DNA of 13,986 bases. It comes from Paraspadella gotoi (Eukaryota; Animalia; Chaetognatha). Every line of letters starts with the position of its first letter. Position 1 is the first letter of the stretch. The stretch is from NCBI GenBank assembly GCA_051294375.1, contig JBJCIZ010000961.1, positions 1 through 13,986 of the forward strand, read 5' to 3'. This document shows, one piece after another, positions 9,107-13,986 of this stretch. Position numbers and translations under genes: made by a program. The notes under the pieces were generated by a model. The model was not told the origin of the DNA. It did no database searches and saw only the letters and a list, made by a program, of their open reading frames with translations.

Positions 9107-9780
9107 AGAGAGAGAAAGTTTTCCCGCGCCAACGATACGCTAATAATTAGGTTCACTCTTGTTTATATCGGGCGTGATCTCGGTTCAATTTGATTTTTTT
9201 TTTATTACACGTAACGCTTATTAGGTCATGTTCCTCGACAATTGTTACTCGTTGCCCCGCAACGGCCACGAAATCCAGGTGAAGTTAGTTTTTTTTATTT
9301 CTTCACATTTTCTCAAAAAAAATCCAACGAAAATCTCAGATGTAAATTTGGGATTTTGTATTGGAGAAAAGGAAGCGCGCGAAATAAATGGCGATAATAA
9401 AAAGTTTTTAGAAGGAAAGAAATAATAAGAATTTTCAAAAAACGCCGGTGTAAAACAAAGTAATAATTTTTTTTTGGCTAAAAAAAAAAAAAAAAGAAAG
9501 AGAGAGGAGAGAAGATGAGAGACGTATACCTGATGAGATGCGAAAGACGAGCAGAGAGAGAGACGGAGGGAGACGGAGGGAGAGAGAGAGAGAGCCTGAA
9601 CTCGTTTTTTTTAAACGCATTCAGAAAAAGCAGCGCCTGATCAAATATATATGTTTAGAAAGAAAAAAATAATCAGAATTTTTTCAAAAACGAACGTTCA
9701 CGCAAGAGATCGCCACACAAAGAAGGACAGAGAGAAACTGAACCGTTTTTAAACGATTCAGAAAAGGCCAGCGCCTAAAA
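7875..9780. repeat. Composite repeat region of (GA)n tracts interleaved with dispersed direct-repeat modules
   Basis: GA-rich tracts at ~7875-7924, 8651-8690, 8733-8748, 8838-8934, 8995-9117 and 9495-9593. A ~120-bp module occurs at 8518-8640 and 9321-9444, with a partial copy at 9654-9696. A ~45-bp module occurs at 9592-9638 and 9735-9776. Confidence 0.85.
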
Positions 9781-10233
9781 AAAAAATATATATAATTAAA
9801 AAATAAAATAAAAGAAGGCAAAAAATGTTAAACAATTGCGTTTTACAATTGGGAACTTTTCCAATTTTTCCAATCGCAGCTTGTAAAAGATTTTAATTTT
9901 TATTTGTATTAAAATTAAGATTATAGCTTCTCATTAAAAAAAATTCCTTTTGAGTTCCCATTTTTATTAGGAATTTAAAAAAAAATTTTTTGATTTCATC
10001 TTCATATTATTATACTGCATATGTAAATTAAGCCTTAAAAAGGCGGGGGGGGCCCATTTTCTTTTTTAATATACTAATTTGGGCATATTATAATGAGTAC
10101 TATTAATCTCTTTGCAATTGCAGTAAAACATATATGAAGTAGGAAATTCAAACAAAAAAATACTTAAATCCAAATGTAATATGGAAATATGATCAGCACA
10201 AGATGAAAAGCCATTATCAAATTTTAACTTACT

Positions 10234-10850
10234 ATGAATCGGCACACTTTTGTAAAAACTTTAATCATAATTCATATATTTTTATTTAAAAAAAACGGGT
10301 AAGTCCAGGCCAAACCTATAAAAGCGTAGTAGTAGTTTTTATATATTTGAAAAACAGCGTGACCACGACGACGACGACGACGGACGTTCACAAAGAAGCA
10401 ACCGTAAAACATTATAGAGCTGCACCCCGCTTTCGCGGTCAAGGCCTTCGATAAAAATTAAGATCATTCTAATCAATAAAATTGGAGAACTCAAACGCAG
10501 GCAAGTTCTTGAAACTGAAAAATGAAATTAATATCTCATTAAACTGCGCACAAAGATTCTCCAAACGTCCTCGAGGCAGTATCGTCCGCGTATCCGCGTT
10601 TGTATCGATTCACGTGTAAGAATCGATCAAGAAAATCCCAGGCTTAACATCAGGAGTCTGGTTTTGTTAATTGGTATTAGAGAGATGGAGATGACGCTGA
10701 CAATGACGCTTGAAATGAGATTGAAAATGAAGATGAAGATCAAAAAAAAGGGCGGGTTGTCGATCGATTAATTTTAAAGGGCTTTCATTGAAATTCCATG
10801 AAAAAGTACTCTAAAATTTTTTAAAAAATGCTGTCTTGAATAAGAAATAA
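10234..10850 (+). CDS. Disrupted two-exon gene for a small, probably secreted protein
   Basis: Exon 10234-10298 and a 59-nt intron (GTAAGT...CAG, 10299-10357) splice in frame to give MNRHTFVKTLIIIHIFLFKKNGVTTTTTTTDVHKEATVKHY. Downstream stretches look coding but contain stops (IILINKIGELKRRQVLE; an acidic DGDDADND..NEIENEDED). AATAAA at 10846. Confidence 0.42.
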
Positions 10851-11191
10851 AAATTAATCAAAAAATCGGCGAGAGTGAGAGTCCAAGGCAATATTTTTGT
10901 TTTGTTTGTTTTGTTTTAGATTGCATAGAAAAAACTAGCGTTTCCCTTAACGCATTAATCGTTAAACATTCTCGTATAAAACTCGCTTAGGTGCGGCTAC
11001 AGCAAGCATAAATAATAATCACTAAAAGCTTTTCCAATAACAAAATATTAATATGCCTATCTTTGCTGCATAATATTTGAATATTTAATTAAAAAAAAAT
11101 TTCAAACTCTTTCTAAATAATTGTTTTTTAAACAATATCGGGTTTTTAACATATCGCATTCATTTGATTATCACGCAACAGTAGTAACACA

Positions 11192-12740
11192 ATGGGCTCT
11201 GAATCAACGCTACATTGACTACTGTCGCAACGATTTTCATCAGCGACACAAACGCCTCGATTGACAACAAATCTTGACGATCTGATCGTGCAAATGGCAT
11301 TGCCGATTTGGGCGCGCCAGCAATCCGGGATAACTTCGCTGATGCTGCTTCTTGACCTTTAGGGACTACGCTCAATGGGACTGATCATTGACGTTCACTT
11401 TAATTCCGTCGGACACAGGTAAAGAAGAAAGAGGTAATTAATTATTTGTAGTTATCCTAGAGTTTTTTAAAACTGAGTTACTACTTTAGGGTTTTTATGT
11501 CAAATTAAGATTTAGGATTGTTTAGAGATTGTTCATATACGAAACAGTGAATTAACTTTTTATCAATCAAGTATTAATCTCTCGCTCTATTTAGCCTTTT
11601 TCTTGTCCGTTAATTAAATTCCGTTAAGTTGGAAAACCACGTAATTATTTGTTCACGTTTCTAAAATTTCCCTCTCACTCATTTCATCCTAAAAAACAAC
11701 AAAAAGTCCGCGCCCCCTGACCACCACACTAGCCATCGTCGCACTTCCACAGTTTGCCTTCTCCACCCTTTTATAAGCTTCAGCGTGGTTGACATACTCC
11801 GTACAGGCAGCAGTGATACTTTTCACTTGAGTTAAAGTTTACTATTCTTTGGTTGTTATTTTTTTAACAGAAAATAAAAGGCATTGTAAATTTCCTGTTA
11901 AAATAATCATCTTAAATATTTTCTAAACATCGCTTGATCTCTCTCCATCAGAAACAAACAGGCAGAGTTTTGCGCGAATATTCTCCATCATCGATCAACT
12001 TGGGATAAGCGCCAACTTTTACATACTCAACTGCTGCCTCGTTTTTATGGCCGTCCACCGTACTCATTGAATGATTGCAGATATGAGCATCAAAATTTCC
12101 AAGGTTTAGAATTAAAATCGTTTTAATCTCCCAAAATCGAAGGTGTTATGGTGGACTAAAATCCACCAAACCGTTCATCAGCGGCCATTGGTGCCGCGAG
12201 CAAGTCATTCGCCTCCCAACCACAAAGGTCTGGGGTTCTAGCCCGGTGGTCGTCTGGCAGTTAAAGAGGACGGGCCCGGCTTAACCCGCCGAAGCTCAGG
12301 GACTGCTTTATATGAAAACGGATTCTATTCACTGACACATTAATAATTAATTACTGTCTCTTCAGCTGTGGGCTTTTCCAGCTAACGGAGTTGTTTAATT
12401 ATCGTCAGCCGGTCAGCTACCGCATCATGTCCGCCATCTCAGTCTTTCTAGTTTTGCTTCTACCATCCCTATGTGTTTTCAAGTTATTCTTTAAATGGCA
12501 TTGGAGAGGACGAGGCTCGATGTTCTGGGAGATGGTGACGAAATTCGTTATCGCCTATGCATTTTTATTTTACTACTTCGTTTGGCGCCGGCGTCATTGG
12601 CGCTGTAACGCCGTGATGTATTGGCGCTTTCATGCGTTCGACAACAGTTGCTCTGCCGAAAATTTCGTTGAAAGATTCTAAGTCCCGTCGCCACGCAAGG
12701 GCGCTAAACAACGTCGCTTTCTCTTTTCGCTTGATTGCTT
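11192..12740 (+). CDS. Disrupted spliced gene for a rhodopsin-family (class A) GPCR-like protein
   Basis: Motifs appear in the correct order, most needing one-base indel corrections. They are N-terminal sequons NAT/NAS/NKS; TM1 LGTTLNG(L)II; TM2 TTLAIV(D); TM3 (C)..IFSIIDQLGISANFYILNCCLVFMAVHR(Y); ECL2 Cys then TM5 IMSAISVFLVLLLPSLCVF; TM6 VTKFVIAYAFLFYYF; and TM7 HAFDNSC. Donor at 11419, acceptors at 11951 and 12365. TM4 and the C-terminus were not resolved. Confidence 0.62.
12181..12352 (+). mobile_element. tRNA-derived SINE-like element (or tRNA-Gly-like pseudogene) inside the GPCR-like gene
   Basis: 12181-12254 is tRNA-sized. Acceptor stem GCGGCCA/TGGTCGT, T arm CTGGG-GTTCTAG-CCCGG (B-box-like), and TCGCCTCCCA at the anticodon position with a broken stem. 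A GC-rich body and an AT-rich end follow. Confidence 0.45.
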
Positions 12741-12749
12741 ATCTTGCAG

Positions 12750-13628
12750 GTCACGTTGAAAATGCTTGCCGAATTCTGACAAAATTTACATGTTAAAGTT
12801 CTTAAAATAAAAAAAAACCTAATTACAAAATACAATTCCGGTCGTCCAATCTCCATCAAATGATGATTCATAAAATGCTATGAATGGTTTTTCAAGTAAA
12901 ATAAGGCTGGCATGGGAAGATATAATCATTGATTCATTACGATATCATTAAAATTAAATTAATCTTTCCTCTCTATATTACTTTTTTTCCTACCATCTCT
13001 CGTAGCTGCCCCTCATCACTGTTATGATATTGGACAGCGCAAGTCCGATAAGAATTGGTCTGGTGGCTCTGATGATAACTAGTGATTGCGTGAGAATTAG
13101 AATGATCTCCAGCCCAACTCTTTATATTACAAGGTAGAGTTGGAAACAATTTGTTTTAATATCTCGAAAAAATGAAAAAAATATTCGGCCATATTTTCCA
13201 AAACTCAGCTGAAATTGGATTTTAAGTTAAAATATTAGTTTAATGGTTAGAGATAAGTATTAGGTTAATGATTAGATTGGGGATTTGGTTAAAGTTTTGG
13301 TGAGGAATTCAGATTAGATAAGAAATGAGGTTAAACATTTAAAAAAAAAATATTAAAAGTTTTAAAAAAGTTTGGTTTAAAATTCAATTTAAGGATTAGG
13401 ATTAGGAACAGCAGAATGTGGCGCCTCAGTTCTTTGTCTCCCTACCTTACTCTTAATTTTCGATCTCCCTTTTTCAGATCCTCCGCGTTCCAAGAACGCT
13501 TACACGACTTGTACAGCCGCCGCGGCTGGCTGCGTCTCCTGCGTCTCGCTCGCAAGTTGGGGATAGCGAGATCTCGGAGGGAGAAGGAAGTATCTAGCGC
13601 CCCAGCATCTAAATCCTCTCGATTTTAG
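12750..13628 (+). CDS. Disrupted spliced gene segment encoding a fibronectin type III-like domain
   Basis: Exons ~12750-12895, 13006-13133 and 13478-~13628 have clean acceptors. FN3 landmarks occur in order: NL.....ISIK(W, read as TGA), NG, PLIT(G)YDIGQRKSDKNW, DLQPNSLYY, then KNAY in the next exon. Indel corrections are needed. Confidence 0.45.
13187..13423. mobile_element. Possible small non-autonomous element: degenerate TTAGGG-like hexamer tract with imperfect inverted ends, intronic
   Basis: A 6-bp periodic GGTTAG-like run at ~13245-13335 and GGATTAGGATTAGGA at 13393-13407. GGCCATATTTTCC (13187) matches the reverse complement of GCAGAATGTGGCG (13411) at 9 of 13 positions. Confidence 0.3.
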
Positions 13629-13802
13629 AAAAGTCAACTGATTATGACTAAATGATTATACAATAAGCGTTCTTATTGTTCATAAAGTTTCTTTAAGCAT
13701 CAACTGGAATGTTTTAACATTTAACCCACTCACGAATTGCTTGGCATTTTTTGTCCTATATGGCACTCTCTATTTTATTAATACAATTGAGTCATAAAAT
13801 TA

Positions 13803-13843
13803 TAGTAAGTAATTATTAGTAATTATTATTATTATATATATTA

Positions 13844-13917
<74 letters not shown>

Positions 13918-13978
13918 TATTATATTATTTTATTATTATATTATTATTATTATTAGTAATTATTAGTAAGTAATTATT
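13803..13978. repeat. (ATT)n microsatellite bracketed by a 15-bp direct repeat
   Basis: Long TAT/ATT run, with TAGTAAGTAATTATT at 13803-13817 and 13964-13978. Confidence 0.95.
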
Positions 13979-13986
13979 GTAATAGA

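Noticed and set aside
8382-9620. ORFs of 60-184 aa in the GA-rich region
   Set aside because: These are microsatellite and homopolymer translations with no domain or splice support.
11700-12100. USP/C19 peptidase-like words on the minus strand (LYGVC-NH, WKCDD, CNHSMSTVDGH)
   Set aside because: The catalytic GHY spacing and Cys box are absent, and splice sites and ordered GPCR motifs favour the plus strand.

Overview
AT-rich eukaryotic, probably animal, DNA. The tRNA-Phe copy resembles the GCCGAAATAGCTCAG type of insects and vertebrates, and there are short GT-AG introns. There is no prokaryotic operon or CRISPR. Most supplied ORFs are microsatellite read-throughs or antisense shadows. Manual reading suggests about seven tightly packed, spliced genes, all interrupted by stops or 1-nt indels. 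In order: a minus-strand secreted-type gene (<1-1649); a divergent type I membrane glycoprotein (1984-4826); a minus-strand 7TM-like gene (4906-6041); a minus-strand low-complexity gene (6195-7133); a small secreted-type gene (10234-10850); a class A GPCR-like gene (11192-~12740); and an FN3-like gene (~12750-13628). A non-coding hub (7200-9800) holds two degenerate tRNA genes, a perfect 34-bp palindrome, a ~23-bp minisatellite, a chain of palindromes and GA-rich modular repeats. Whether the lesions are real decay or sequencing error cannot be settled here. The layout could be an endogenous large-DNA-virus-like cassette, but no hallmark viral gene is visible. Protein calls come from manual motif reading, not database searches.
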